Origin: Candidatus Ancillula kalotermitis
GTDB taxonomy: Bacteria > Actinomycetota > Actinomycetes > Actinomycetales > Bifidobacteriaceae
Assembly: GCA_031273495.1 (NCBI GenBank)
Contig: JAISRT010000041.1
Location: 1-53,631, forward strand
DNA length: 53,631 bases
Reading direction: 5' to 3'
Below, one piece after another: positions 26,191 to 35,284 of the stretch; positions within the stretch are counted from its first letter, which is position 1, and the number at the start of each line of letters is the position of its first letter. The notes beneath the pieces are model-generated. The model had not been told where the DNA came from. It searched no databases and worked only from the letters and a program-made list of their open reading frames with translations. The translations under genes were made by a program, and so were the position numbers.

Positions 26191-27648
26191 GTGCGAATGT
26201 GCTACAATACTGATATTAAGGTTGAGGCTTACGAGCTAGCATTGGGCAACGTTGACGCGTTGGATGTTTTTTTGCGTCTCCGAAGTGTTGATTCGCATTG
26301 CTTTATATTGGAGTCTCTTGAGGGCGCACACTGGAGTTTTATCGGCTGGTACCCCATTCTCGAAATCACACTCCGCAATGGACATTTCTTGCAGAAGAAC
26401 TTAAAGAGTGGCGTGATGGAAGTTGACATTCAGACTGACGCACCCAAACAGTTGCTCCAACAAGTGCTTGACGATTTTCACTGCACGCCATCTGATCTGG
26501 AAAGTTTAACAAATATCTCCGAGCTCCCTCCGTTCACGGGCGGTCTGATGGGGTATTTTAGCTACGACTATATTAAGTATGCCGAGCCGACTTTGCGGCC
26601 ATTTTTCGAGCGGATGAAGGACACTGAGCGGTTTAATGACTTCGACTTGATGCTGTTTAACAATGTTATCGCGATTAACAACAACACGCAGAAGATGGTG
26701 ATTATCCACAACTCGTATGATGACACACCGTTCGATTATAAGCAGGTCTACAATACTGTGACATCTGCCCCGAAGTATAGTATGCAGGCATTAGAGATTC
26801 TTGAGGACCCCGATTTCATGTTCAACGAGCAGCAGTGGGGTGAAATTGTAGACAAAGCGCAGGAGCACATACAGCAAGGCGACATCTTCCAGGTAGTGCT
26901 CTCGAATCGGATGCAAGCGCGCGCTGAGGGAACACTTTTTGATGCCTACCGCGAGATGCGCGCCAAGAATCCGTCACCTTATATGTTTTACCTCAACTCT
27001 GACGAGCTCGAGATTGCGGGGTGCTCTCCGGAAACGCTGACGTCTTTGAGGCGTGACGGGCGTGAGGGGAACATGGTGGCTCGGACATTCCCACTTGCGG
27101 GGACGAGGCCACGCGGAGCGACCGCAGAAGAGGATGCACGTATTGAAGAGGAGTTGTTGAGCGACGAGAAAGAGCGTGCTGAGCACAATATGTTGGTTGA
27201 CTTGGGGCGTAATGACATCGGCAGAATTAGTAAAATCGGGTCAGTTGAGGTCGAGGACTATATGTCAGTATCAAGGTTTTCACATGTCATGCACATTGGC
27301 TCGAAGGTGAAGGGCATTCTTGAGGACGGACTTTCGGCACTTGACGTTATTGAGTCAGTTTTGCCCGCTGGAACACTCTCTGGTGCACCCAAAATCCGCG
27401 CTTGTGAGATTATTGACTGCCTGGAAGGCGACAGTCGCGGGATTTACGGTGGGTGTCTCGGTTATCTTGGTCTGGACGGTCAGATGGATATGTGTATAAC
27501 AATTCGGACAATCTACAAAAAGGGTGGCTATGTCTACGCGAGAAGTGGTGCCGGCATCGTTATGGATTCTAACGCGCGTTCAGAATACGTCGAGACAATC
27601 AATAAGATTAAGTCAAGCACTTTGGCTCTCGGGTTGGTGGTCAAATGA
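26191..27648 (+). CDS. Chorismate-utilising enzyme, anthranilate/aminodeoxychorismate synthase component I (TrpE/PabB family)
   Basis: 485 aa with motifs GDIFQVVLS, SPSPYMFY, GTLSGAPK and GGCLGY. The start is uncertain: GTG 26191 and ATG 26197 overlap the promoter box at 26200-26208. ATT 26215 or TTG 26242 are more plausible. Confidence 0.8.
   Translation: MRMCYNTDIKVEAYELALGNVDALDVFLRLRSVDSHCFILESLEGAHWSFIGWYPILEITLRNGHFLQKNLKSGVMEVDIQTDAPKQLLQQVLDDFHCTPSDLESLTNISELPPFTGGLMGYFSYDYIKYAEPTLRPFFERMKDTERFNDFDLMLFNNVIAINNNTQKMVIIHNSYDDTPFDYKQVYNTVTSAPKYSMQALEILEDPDFMFNEQQWGEIVDKAQEHIQQGDIFQVVLSNRMQARAEGTLFDAYREMRAKNPSPYMFYLNSDELEIAGCSPETLTSLRRDGREGNMVARTFPLAGTRPRGATAEEDARIEEELLSDEKERAEHNMLVDLGRNDIGRISKIGSVEVEDYMSVSRFSHVMHIGSKVKGILEDGLSALDVIESVLPAGTLSGAPKIRACEIIDCLEGDSRGIYGGCLGYLGLDGQMDMCITIRTIYKKGGYVYARSGAGIVMDSNARSEYVETINKIKSSTLALGLVVK
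26200..26208 (+). promoter_or_regulatory. Extended -10 box TGCTACAAT for the trpE/pabB-like gene
   Basis: Spacer ACTGAT, then in-frame ATT 26215. Confidence 0.6.
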
Positions 27649-28220
27649 GGATACTATTGGTTGATAATTATGACTCCTTCACATTCAACGTGTATCAGAT
27701 GCTCGGTGAACTCGTGCCAGAAATACTGATTAGACGCAATGATGCAATTACACCAGCTGAGGTCGAGTCATTGGGCATCACCCACTTAGTCTTGTCACCG
27801 GGACCCGGACACCCGAAGGACGCAGGAGTATGTGAAGACTTGATTCGACGATTTCACAACAGGATTCCGATACTTGGCATCTGTTTGGGGCATCAGGCGA
27901 TTTGTGAAGTGTTCGGTGGCGAGATCGGGCAGAGTAAGGTCAAAATGCACGGTAAGCAGTCTAGTCTTAAATTGCTGGGCAACTCAATATTATACACTGG
28001 AATAGATGACACTGACATTCAGGTTGCACGCTATCACTCACTTTCACTTAACGCGGACACCTGCCCTCGCGATCTGGTAGTTTCGGCAGTCTCACAAGAC
28101 GACGGCGAGGTTATGAGCGTGGAATGCGGCACAACATTTGGGACACAATTTCACCCAGAAAGCATATTGACCCCGCTCGGAGGCCGTATTTTAGCCAATT
28201 TTGTGCAGTACACATCGTAA
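27645..28220 (+). CDS. Glutamine amidotransferase component II (TrpG/PabA family)
   Basis: 191 aa with the class-I GATase triad context (GICLGHQ, FHPES). Overlaps the component I stop by 4 nt. Confidence 0.85.
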   Translation: MRILLVDNYDSFTFNVYQMLGELVPEILIRRNDAITPAEVESLGITHLVLSPGPGHPKDAGVCEDLIRRFHNRIPILGICLGHQAICEVFGGEIGQSKVKMHGKQSSLKLLGNSILYTGIDDTDIQVARYHSLSLNADTCPRDLVVSAVSQDDGEVMSVECGTTFGTQFHPESILTPLGGRILANFVQYTS

Positions 28221-28263
28221 AAAATAGAAACATAGCGCAAATGCTAAAAAAATGCGTACGGAG

Positions 28264-28272
28264 TGCTATACT
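28264..28272 (+). promoter_or_regulatory. Extended -10 box TGCTATACT, leaderless ftsZ
   Basis: Spacer AGTGCT, then ATG 28279. Confidence 0.7.
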
Positions 28273-28278
28273 AGTGCT

Positions 28279-29640
28279 ATGGATATTCAAAAAGAGCAAG
28301 TTCGCGGTGGCAGTTACCTTCCCACCATCAAAATAGTTGGCGTCGGCGGTGCTGGAGTCAATGCGATAAATAGTATGGTAGAGTTCGGGCTCTCTGATGT
28401 TGAACTTATTGCAGTTAATACTGACACTCAACAACTCGTGATGTCTGATGCCGACACAAAAGTTGAAATCGGGCGTGCGTTAACTGGTGGTCTTGGCGTC
28501 GGCGGTGACCCAGAAATTGGGCGTCAAGCTGCCGAAGAAAGTGTTGAAGAGATTGAAGAGATACTCCGTGGCGCTAATATGGTGTTTATAACCGCTGGCG
28601 AAGGCGGGGGGACTGGCACTGGTGCTTCTCCTGTGATTGCGCGTGTTGCGAAGGAACTAGGGTGCTTGACTGTCGCAATTGTGACGAAGCCGTTTAGTTT
28701 TGAGGGCTCTTTGAAAATGGAAACTGCGCTAGACGGCATTGAAGAGCTTAAGAAAAATGTAGACTGCTTGATAACCATCTCGAGTGATAAACTACTGGTT
28801 GCTGGTGGTAAGAACATTAAATTTGCGCAGGCATTCTCAATGTGTGACGAAACTCTATTAAATAACGCGCGTGCGGTCACAGAAATGCTCACAAAAGCCG
28901 GCTATGTTAACGTTGACTTCAATGATGTCCGTAGCACAATGGAAAATGCTGGCACGGCTGTAATGGGTATGGCGACTGCTAAAGGTGAGGATCGCGCAAT
29001 TAATGCTGTGGAGCAGGCGATTTCCTCTCCGCTACTCGAAAGCAGGTTAGACGGTGCCAAGGACGCGATAATTTGTTACTATTGCACTGAGGATTCTTTC
29101 TCGCTAACAGAAGTCCAACAAGCGAACACAATGCTGCAAGAGATGATTGACCCGCGGGCAAAGTTCAAGTTTGGTGTATACTATGATGACTTGATGCAGG
29201 ATGATATGCGCGTAATAGTGATCGCTACTAAGTTCCCAGAGAATCAAGATGCTATACTAGAAGATGTAAACGATGTTTCTGACACGCCAGATGAACCCGT
29301 GCCAAGTCAACCAGAATCCGAAGAGGACGCCTTGAAACGCAAGCATGACCAACTAGCGGACTTCGGCACTTCGAATACATTTTCTAGCACAGCAACTCCG
29401 CATGCCCCGACATCCTCACTTGAGTCGGTGAGTTCATCGCTGAACAGAACTGTAGCGTCAGGGAAATATGACGTGTTCGATTCTACTGCGCAGGATTTCT
29501 CAAGCCCCAACAATGAGAGCCTATTTTCTTCGAGTCGCAATGCTACGCCTTCGACGAGCTTTGGTTCTGCAGGTGTGACCGAGACAAGCCATCCGCAGTT
29601 TGAAGACTCTTTGGAGTTACCGAGTTTTCTGGATGACTAG
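28279..29640 (+). CDS. ftsZ: Cell division protein FtsZ
   Basis: IKIVGVGGAGVNAIN, GGGTGTGASPVIA and NVDFNDV, with a disordered C-terminal tail ending LELPSFLDD. ATG 28279 lies 6 nt after TGCTATACT. The tracked ORF start (28252) precedes that box. Confidence 0.9.
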   Translation: MDIQKEQVRGGSYLPTIKIVGVGGAGVNAINSMVEFGLSDVELIAVNTDTQQLVMSDADTKVEIGRALTGGLGVGGDPEIGRQAAEESVEEIEEILRGANMVFITAGEGGGTGTGASPVIARVAKELGCLTVAIVTKPFSFEGSLKMETALDGIEELKKNVDCLITISSDKLLVAGGKNIKFAQAFSMCDETLLNNARAVTEMLTKAGYVNVDFNDVRSTMENAGTAVMGMATAKGEDRAINAVEQAISSPLLESRLDGAKDAIICYYCTEDSFSLTEVQQANTMLQEMIDPRAKFKFGVYYDDLMQDDMRVIVIATKFPENQDAILEDVNDVSDTPDEPVPSQPESEEDALKRKHDQLADFGTSNTFSSTATPHAPTSSLESVSSSLNRTVASGKYDVFDSTAQDFSSPNNESLFSSSRNATPSTSFGSAGVTETSHPQFEDSLELPSFLDD

Positions 29641-29674
29641 TCTTTAAGGATGCGGAATCTGGTGTTGAACTAAA

Positions 29675-30736
29675 ATGAGCAGTTTACTTTACAATCCGAA
29701 CTTGACATACCTCGAGAATTTTGCTCAAGGGCCGTTTGATATGCACGGAATTGCTGACACCACGGGAGTTTCACTACCATTCGGCATCCCCGCAGGTCCA
29801 CTTCTGCACAGTCGGCACTGTATCGAAGCATTTAAGGCAGGGTTTGACATCTGCGTCTACAAAACTGTCCGCAATCAGCAACACCCGTGTAACGATTTCC
29901 CCAACGTGATGTTTGTGCACCCCGATGCCGAGGACATTTCGTTTGCGCAGGCGGATGCAGGTATACTCACTGATTTCGATATGCCACATATAATCAAGAA
30001 TGTTAACATTTCCAACTCGTTCGGCGTTCCATCAATGTCACCTGATTTTTGGCAGGAGGATATGCGCAAGGCAAACGATGCTGCAGGAGAGAACCAACTC
30101 TTAATCGGTAGTTTTCAAGGGAGTGGCACTGTTCAGAGTTTCGTTGACGCTGCGAAAATGGTCACTGAAACTGGCGTGAAAGTGCTAGAGATGAACACGA
30201 GCTGCCCGAATGAGGGTAAGGATAACTTGCTCTGCTTCGATCCGCAGAAGGTGGGGGAGATTGCCGAGGCGGTCAAAAATGCGATTGGTGATCTAGAGTT
30301 ACACATTAAGATAGCGTATATGCGCAAGTGCGGGACTGAGGAGATTGACGAGGCACTGCTTGACGAGTTGTTGAGGACCACTGTTGAGCGAGGTACTGTC
30401 CAGGGGATCGCTGCGATTAACACTATACCTTCGAGATTGGTCAACGCTAGTGGGGGCGACGCACTGACCGGCGGACGGTCTACTTCTGGGGTGTGCGGAG
30501 GTGGCATAAAGTGGGCAGGGCTAAAAATGGTTGAGGCACTTGACTCGCGACGTGACAGACTTAGGGAGCGGGGTGTAGACTTCTCGATCACAGGGGTCGG
30601 TGGGGTTGCTGATTTCGCGGACTACACTGAGTACCGGGGTGCTGGTGCAGATAGCGTGCTCGCTGCGACTGTGCCCATGTTTAACCCGCGCATGGCAATC
30701 GAGGTGAAAAAACAGGCGCTACTCGCTACGCTGTAA
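29675..30736 (+). CDS. Dihydroorotate-dehydrogenase-like flavin TIM-barrel oxidoreductase
   Basis: 353 aa with class-1 DHODH-like motifs (NISNSFG, LEMNTSCPN, ITGVGGV). Exact substrate unknown. The last 6 codons plus stop coincide with a repeat-element terminus. Confidence 0.65.
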   Translation: MSSLLYNPNLTYLENFAQGPFDMHGIADTTGVSLPFGIPAGPLLHSRHCIEAFKAGFDICVYKTVRNQQHPCNDFPNVMFVHPDAEDISFAQADAGILTDFDMPHIIKNVNISNSFGVPSMSPDFWQEDMRKANDAAGENQLLIGSFQGSGTVQSFVDAAKMVTETGVKVLEMNTSCPNEGKDNLLCFDPQKVGEIAEAVKNAIGDLELHIKIAYMRKCGTEEIDEALLDELLRTTVERGTVQGIAAINTIPSRLVNASGGDALTGGRSTSGVCGGGIKWAGLKMVEALDSRRDRLRERGVDFSITGVGGVADFADYTEYRGAGADSVLAATVPMFNPRMAIEVKKQALLATL

Positions 30737-30780
30737 GATTAGCTCAGTTGTTGTTACTTCTGTAGTGGGCGATACTGGAC
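30718..30780. repeat. 63-bp exact direct repeat, copy 1 (copy 2 at 30960-31022)
   Basis: Covers the last 19 nt of the DHODH-like CDS, 29 nt of spacer and the 3' 15 nt of tRNA-Val. Confidence 0.95.
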
Positions 30781-30864
30781 AGGGGAGACCTTGGCAACTT
30801 GTTGCCTAGTTCGGAGCGTGGACCAGCGACCTCCTGCGTGTCGAGCAGGTGCTCTAACCAACTG
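30766..30864 (-). pseudogene. tRNA-Val pseudogene fragment (5' acceptor/D-stem missing, 41-nt replacement in the T-loop)
   Basis: 30822-30864 is identical to 31027-31069 (D-loop to T-stem), and 30766-30780 is identical to 31008-31022 (3' end). The T-loop nucleotides are replaced by 30781-30821, which contains the palindrome GGCAAC-TT-GTTGCC. Confidence 0.8.
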
Positions 30865-30865
30865 T

Positions 30866-30975
30866 CGTTACATTTCGCTTCGCTCTTTTCTTACCTCGCC
30901 TCGCTTGCGCGTCGGCTCGAGCACACTCCGCTCGTTTACGCCGCCGAATGAATCGGACGGCTACTCGCTACGCTG
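30866..30975 (-). repeat. Element T copy 1 (~110-nt dispersed element ending in CAGCGTAGCGAGTAG on the minus strand)
   Basis: Shares CACACTCC-N-CTC...CCGAAT(G/A)AATCGGACG(G/C)CTA(C/T)TCGCTACGCTG and GC-rich CGCTC blocks with 41993-42105. Confidence 0.75.
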
Positions 30976-31022
30976 TAAGATTAGCTCAGTTGTTGTTACT
31001 TCTGTAGTGGGCGATACTGGAC
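30960..31022. repeat. 63-bp exact direct repeat, copy 2
   Basis: Identical to 30718-30780 by direct comparison. Confidence 0.95.
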
Positions 31023-31081
31023 TTGAACCAGCGACCTCCTGCGTGTCGAGCAGGTGCTCTAACCAACTGAGCTAACCGCCC
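31008..31081 (-). tRNA. tRNA-Val (anticodon GAC)
   Basis: Hand-folded 74-nt cloverleaf: acceptor GGGCGGT/ATCGCCC, D arm GCTC-AGTTGGTTA-GAGC, anticodon stem CCTGC/GCAGG with loop TCGACAC, T arm GCTGG-TTCAAGT-CCAGT. CCA is not encoded. C occupies the position that is usually U33. Confidence 0.8.
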
Positions 31082-31099
31082 GTGTCAATTGATGTTATT

Positions 31100-31108
31100 A
31101 GTGTAGCA
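31100..31108 (-). promoter_or_regulatory. Extended -10 box TGCTACACT (minus strand) for tRNA-Val
   Basis: The -10 hexamer ends 18 nt before the tRNA 5' end at 31081, so the predicted 5' leader is ~12 nt. Confidence 0.6.
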
Positions 31109-31270
31109 GATGTTTGTCGTAATGTCAAATCAGGGACCGAGAACATTTCCCCATACTTTTTTTCGAGCCATGGTGGGAAGGAACAAAATGTGAAGAGGAA
31201 TTGCCCGATGGTTAGAAGTAGTGCCTTAAACCACAATTTCAAACACGATTTAACTTTTTTGTGACTGTTG

Positions 31271-31279
31271 TGCTATAAT
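31271..31279 (+). promoter_or_regulatory. Extended -10 box TGCTATAAT for fusA (leadered)
   Basis: Followed by ACTGAT-ATA. A ~47-nt leader with AAAGGAAAA precedes ATG 31333. Confidence 0.65.
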
Positions 31280-31332
31280 ACTGATATACGGGGCGCTCTA
31301 CGCGTTGACTCTATCTTATTGAAAGGAAAAAC

Positions 31333-33489
31333 ATGGCAGTAAATGCAGAAAAAGACTTGAACAAGGTCCGCAATATTGGAATCATGGCGCATATTGACGC
31401 AGGAAAGACAACAACGACTGAGCGCATTCTGTATTATGCAGGTGTTAACCACAAGATTGGTGAGACCCACGACGGCGAGTCTACTATGGACTGGATGGAG
31501 CAGGAGCAAGAGCGTGGCATCACGATTACGTCTGCGGCAACTGCTTGCAAATGGGGACAGACCCACATCAATATTATCGACACCCCTGGACACGTTGACT
31601 TTACCGTTGAGGTTGAACGTTCACTCCGTGTCCTTGACGGTGCTGTTGCAGTTTTCGATGGTAAAGAAGGTGTGGAACCGCAATCTGAGACCGTATGGCG
31701 TCAGGCCGACAAGTATAATGTTCCCCGTATCTGTTTCATCAACAAGATGGACAAACTGGGCGCAGACTTCTACTTCTCGATTGAGACCATCAAGAACCGC
31801 CTGAAAGCTAAGCCTATTCCGATTCAACTCCCAATTGGTGCGGAGGATTCTTTCGAGGGTGTAATCGACTTGGTGACTATGAAGGCAATCTCTTGGGGTA
31901 ATTCTGAGGACCACGGCAAGAAGTTCGAGACACTTGACATTTCCGAAGTAGACCGCGAAGTGCATGTTGCCAATAAAGATGGCGTTAAGAAAGTTCACAA
32001 GTTGTCAGACCTCGCTAAGCAGTATCGTGCGCAATTGCTTGAAGACATCGCTGAAACTGATGAGGACTTGATGGAGCACTATTTAGAAGAGGGCGAACTG
32101 ACCGTGGACGAAATCAAATCTGGTCTGCGTAATATAGTCCTGAATTCGCTAGGTTTCCCAGTACTCTGCGGCTCGGCATATAAAGACAAAGGCGTCCAGC
32201 CAATGTTAGACTGCGTTGTCGATTACCTACCGTCGCCACTTGATGTGCCCGACGCTGAAGGTGTTGACCCCGATGATGAGGAAAAAGTACTGACCCGTAA
32301 GGCTGATGCAAGCGCACCGTTTGCTGGACTAGTCTTCAAAGTGGCTACACACCCATTCTACGGAGAGTTGAATTATATCCGTATCTATTCGGGGAAGGCT
32401 AAACCTGGTGACACAGTGTTAAACCCAGTGCGCGGTAAGAAAGAGCGTATCGGTAAGATGTTCCAGATGCACTCTAATAAGGAGAACCCAGTTGACGAGG
32501 CGATCGCTGGACACATTTATGCGTTCATCGGCCTGAAAGACACTTCTACGGGTGATACACTATGCGACGAGAAGAACCCTATTTCGCTTGAAGCGATGAC
32601 ATTCCCAGAACCAGTGATCAATGTTGCGATTGAGCCTAACTCTAAAGCGGACCAAGAGAAGCTGTCTATCGCGATCCAGAAGTTCGTCAAGGAGGACCCA
32701 ACTTTCCGCGTCACGCATGACCAGGAGTCAGGGCAGACCATTATTGGCGGTATGGGTGAACTGCAACTTGACATTTATGTTGACCGTATGAAGCGCGAGT
32801 TCAAAGTCGAGGCTAATGTCGGTAACCCGCAGGTGGCGTATCGTGAGGCAATTCGTGGGACTGTTGACCAAGAATACACTCACAAGAAGCAGTCTGGTGG
32901 TTCTGGTCAGTTCGCTAAGGTGCAGATTAAGTTTGAGCCACTTGAGGTTGAAGCTGGTTCGGACCAGATATTCGAGTTTGTCAATGAAATCAAGGGCGGG
33001 TCAATCCCCAAGGAGTACATCCCTGGAGTTGAAGTCGGAATCCAGAAGGCAATGCAGAACGGTATCATCGCTGGCTACCCAGTTGTGGGTGTTAAGGCGA
33101 CACTTTATGACGGACAGACGCATGATGTTGACTCGTCAGTCTACGCCTTCGAGTATGCTGGACTACAAGCATTCAAAGAGGCTGGGAAGAAGGCGAACCC
33201 TGTGTTGCTCGAGCCTATTATGGCAGTTGAGGTGCGGACGCCCGAAGAGTATTTAGGATCAGTTATTGGTGACATTAACTCTCGTCGTGGTATTTTGCAA
33301 CAGCAGTATGATGCCACTGGTGTAAAAGTAGTTGACGCGAAAGTTCCGCTGTCTGAGATGTTCGGTTATATTGGTGACTTGCGCTCGTTCACGCAGGGCC
33401 GCGCAGTGTTCTCGATGCAGTTTGACTCTTACGCTGAGGCTCCACGTAACATTGCCGAGGAAGTAATCAAGAAGACCCGCGGCGAGTAA
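31333..33489 (+). CDS. fusA: Elongation factor G
   Basis: 718 aa with [20 protein letters not shown] and [10 protein letters not shown]-like AAAGGAAAA precedes the ATG. Not flanked by rpsL/rpsG/tuf. Confidence 0.95.
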   Translation: MAVNAEKDLNKVRNIGIMAHIDAGKTTTTERILYYAGVNHKIGETHDGESTMDWMEQEQERGITITSAATACKWGQTHINIIDTPGHVDFTVEVERSLRVLDGAVAVFDGKEGVEPQSETVWRQADKYNVPRICFINKMDKLGADFYFSIETIKNRLKAKPIPIQLPIGAEDSFEGVIDLVTMKAISWGNSEDHGKKFETLDISEVDREVHVANKDGVKKVHKLSDLAKQYRAQLLEDIAETDEDLMEHYLEEGELTVDEIKSGLRNIVLNSLGFPVLCGSAYKDKGVQPMLDCVVDYLPSPLDVPDAEGVDPDDEEKVLTRKADASAPFAGLVFKVATHPFYGELNYIRIYSGKAKPGDTVLNPVRGKKERIGKMFQMHSNKENPVDEAIAGHIYAFIGLKDTSTGDTLCDEKNPISLEAMTFPEPVINVAIEPNSKADQEKLSIAIQKFVKEDPTFRVTHDQESGQTIIGGMGELQLDIYVDRMKREFKVEANVGNPQVAYREAIRGTVDQEYTHKKQSGGSGQFAKVQIKFEPLEVEAGSDQIFEFVNEIKGGSIPKEYIPGVEVGIQKAMQNGIIAGYPVVGVKATLYDGQTHDVDSSVYAFEYAGLQAFKEAGKKANPVLLEPIMAVEVRTPEEYLGSVIGDINSRRGILQQQYDATGVKVVDAKVPLSEMFGYIGDLRSFTQGRAVFSMQFDSYAEAPRNIAEEVIKKTRGE

Positions 33490-33520
33490 CCCTCACTAGC
33501 GTGGCACCCTACCGCACCCC

Positions 33521-33650
33521 GTGTGTCATCTCCTGACACACCGCACCCCTCATGTCATCCCAGCGTAGCGTGGCATAAAGCCAAGGGCAGGCGCGGGCTT
33601 GTCCGCCTCATGTCATCCTTGGGCTTGTCCCGAGGATCCATACGCCGTGT
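33521..33650. repeat. Repeat cluster E
   Basis: Contains palindrome GTGTCA-TCTCC-TGACAC, a long module with GCATAAAGCCAAGGGCAGGCGCGGGCTTGTC, and terminal hairpin ATCCTTGGG-CTTGT-CCCGAGGAT (33615-33637). Lies between convergent fusA and glnA. Confidence 0.9.
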
Positions 33651-33758
33651 GCACCTTGTCGCATCCACTTCGTGGCGGTGCTTCACTAGCCAACTTAGTG
33701 CGCCCACACCTGCACCCCGCTGTGCGGGATAGGCACAAGGGCAGGCAGTAGACTAAGT

Positions 33759-33797
33759 AAAACGCAAAACGCCCACCGCAGTTTAGTACAGTGGGCG
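33759..33797 (-). terminator. Intrinsic terminator of glnA
   Basis: On the minus strand, stem CGCCCAC/GTGGGCG (33797-33791 and 33776-33770) with a 14-nt loop, followed by TTTTGCGTTTT. Lies 35 nt after the glnA stop. It is the only clear hairpin plus U-tract I found in the window. Confidence 0.75.
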
Positions 33798-33831
33798 CAG
33801 GCGGAACCTTGCGAAGGATAAATATTAGGTA

Positions 33832-35256
33832 TTAGCAATCGTAGTATAGTTCGAACTCGTGCGGGTGAGGGCGAGTCTGGAACTCCGCTGCCTCTGCACG
33901 CTTGAACTCGAGCCATGTTTCGATGAGGTCCTTAGAGAACACATTGCCTTTCATCAAGAACTCAGAGTCATTCTCAAGCGCGTTAAGTGCCTCTTCAAGT
34001 GAGACTGGAACATGCTTAATGCTCAACTGCTGATCGGCACTCAGTTCGTAGATGTTAGAGTCCACAGGAGATGGTGGCTCGATATGGTTCAAAATACCGT
34101 CTAGCCCTGCCATCAACTGAGCAGCAAACGCAAGGTATGGGTTAGAACTCGGGTCTGGAACACGGAACTCGATGCGCTTCGCCTTCGGATTGTCACCAGT
34201 AATCGGGATACGAATTGCAGCCGAGCGGTTACGTGCTGAATAGACAAGATTTACTGGTGCCTCGAACCCAGGAACTAGGCGGTGATACGAGTTTGTCGTC
34301 GGGTTAGTGAAAGCGATTACAGCCTCTGCATGCTTGATTAGCCCTCCAATATACCAGCGAGCGATGTCACTTAGGTCGCCATACTTACCAGACTCGAAGA
34401 ATAGGTTCTCACCGTTCTTCCAGAGCGACTGGTGGCAGTGCATGCCAGACCCGTTGTCGCCAGATATTGGCTTAGGCAGGAATGTTGCAGTCTTGCCGAA
34501 CTCGTTGACAGTGTTCTTGACCACGTATTTGAAGCGTAGAACGTCGTCCGCAGCGAACTTCAGCTTGTTGAACCGGTAGTTGATCTCCTGCTGGCCTGCA
34601 GTCCCGACCTCGTGGTGTGCACGCTCGATATGAAGACCTGTTTGCGCTAGACGAGCAGTAATCTCATCGCGTAGGTCAGCGAAATGGTCAACTGGGGGCA
34701 CAGGGAAGTAGCCACCTTTGAAACGAGGCTTGTGTGCCAGGTTTCCGCCAACTTCTTCTGCACCAGTATTCCAGGCTGCTTCTTCGGAGTCAATAGTGTA
34801 GAAACTACGAGCAGCACTAGTCTCGAAACGGACATCATCAAAAATGTAGAACTCCGCCTCAGGTGCGAAAAACGCTGTGTCTGCAATCCCAGTTTCCTGT
34901 AAGTATTTCTCAGCCTTCATCGACACTTGACGTGGGTCACGCGAGTATGGCTCATTTGTGAAAGGGTCTACAACATTCATGATCACCACTAGCGTGACAT
35001 GGTTGCGGAACGGGTCAATATACGCAGTCTGCGGGCAGGGTAGAAGTTTCATATCGGACTCGTTAATTGATTGGAAGCCACGAATCGAAGAGCCATCGAA
35101 CGCGAATCCTGCCTCATAGTTGTCCAAGAACTCATCGACCGGAACATTGAAATGCTGTTGCACTCCAGGAAGGTCGGTGAAGCGGATGTCTACAAACTCA
35201 ACCTCGTTGTCTTCAATATAACGTGCGGTCTCATTCTTATTGGTAAGTAAAGCCAT
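33832..35256 (-). CDS. glnA: Glutamine synthetase type I
   Basis: MALLTNKNE...EVEFVDIRFTDLPG, GSGMHCHQSLW and NRSAAIRIP. The start is set at ATG 35256 because the promoter box and AAAGGA SD lie inside the 19-codon upstream extension of the tracked ORF. Confidence 0.9.
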   Translation of the reverse strand: MALLTNKNETARYIEDNEVEFVDIRFTDLPGVQQHFNVPVDEFLDNYEAGFAFDGSSIRGFQSINESDMKLLPCPQTAYIDPFRNHVTLVVIMNVVDPFTNEPYSRDPRQVSMKAEKYLQETGIADTAFFAPEAEFYIFDDVRFETSAARSFYTIDSEEAAWNTGAEEVGGNLAHKPRFKGGYFPVPPVDHFADLRDEITARLAQTGLHIERAHHEVGTAGQQEINYRFNKLKFAADDVLRFKYVVKNTVNEFGKTATFLPKPISGDNGSGMHCHQSLWKNGENLFFESGKYGDLSDIARWYIGGLIKHAEAVIAFTNPTTNSYHRLVPGFEAPVNLVYSARNRSAAIRIPITGDNPKAKRIEFRVPDPSSNPYLAFAAQLMAGLDGILNHIEPPSPVDSNIYELSADQQLSIKHVPVSLEEALNALENDSEFLMKGNVFSKDLIETWLEFKRAEAAEFQTRPHPHEFELYYDC

Positions 35257-35284
35257 ATTTAGGTCCTTTCTGTCTAATGTCAGT

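Noticed and set aside
26191-28220. Calling the two chorismate-utilising genes trpE/trpG, as part of a tryptophan operon.
   Set aside because: No trpD/C/B/A genes are adjacent, and the pair could equally be pabB/pabA for folate synthesis. Sequence reading alone does not discriminate, so both are left at family level.
30791-31075. 94-aa ORF across the tRNA-Val region, and the 60-aa ORF at 31082-31264.
   Set aside because: The first is composed of tRNA, pseudo-tRNA and repeat-element sequence. The second lies in the tRNA-Val/fusA promoter region with no SD or recognisable features.
30718-31081. An integrated prophage or genomic island at tRNA-Val, based on att-like partial tRNA duplication.
   Set aside because: Only about 140 bp separates the copies, and no integrase or cargo is present. 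The duplicated identity extends 48 nt beyond the tRNA 3' end into the neighbouring CDS. At most this is a remnant or a local duplication linked to element T.
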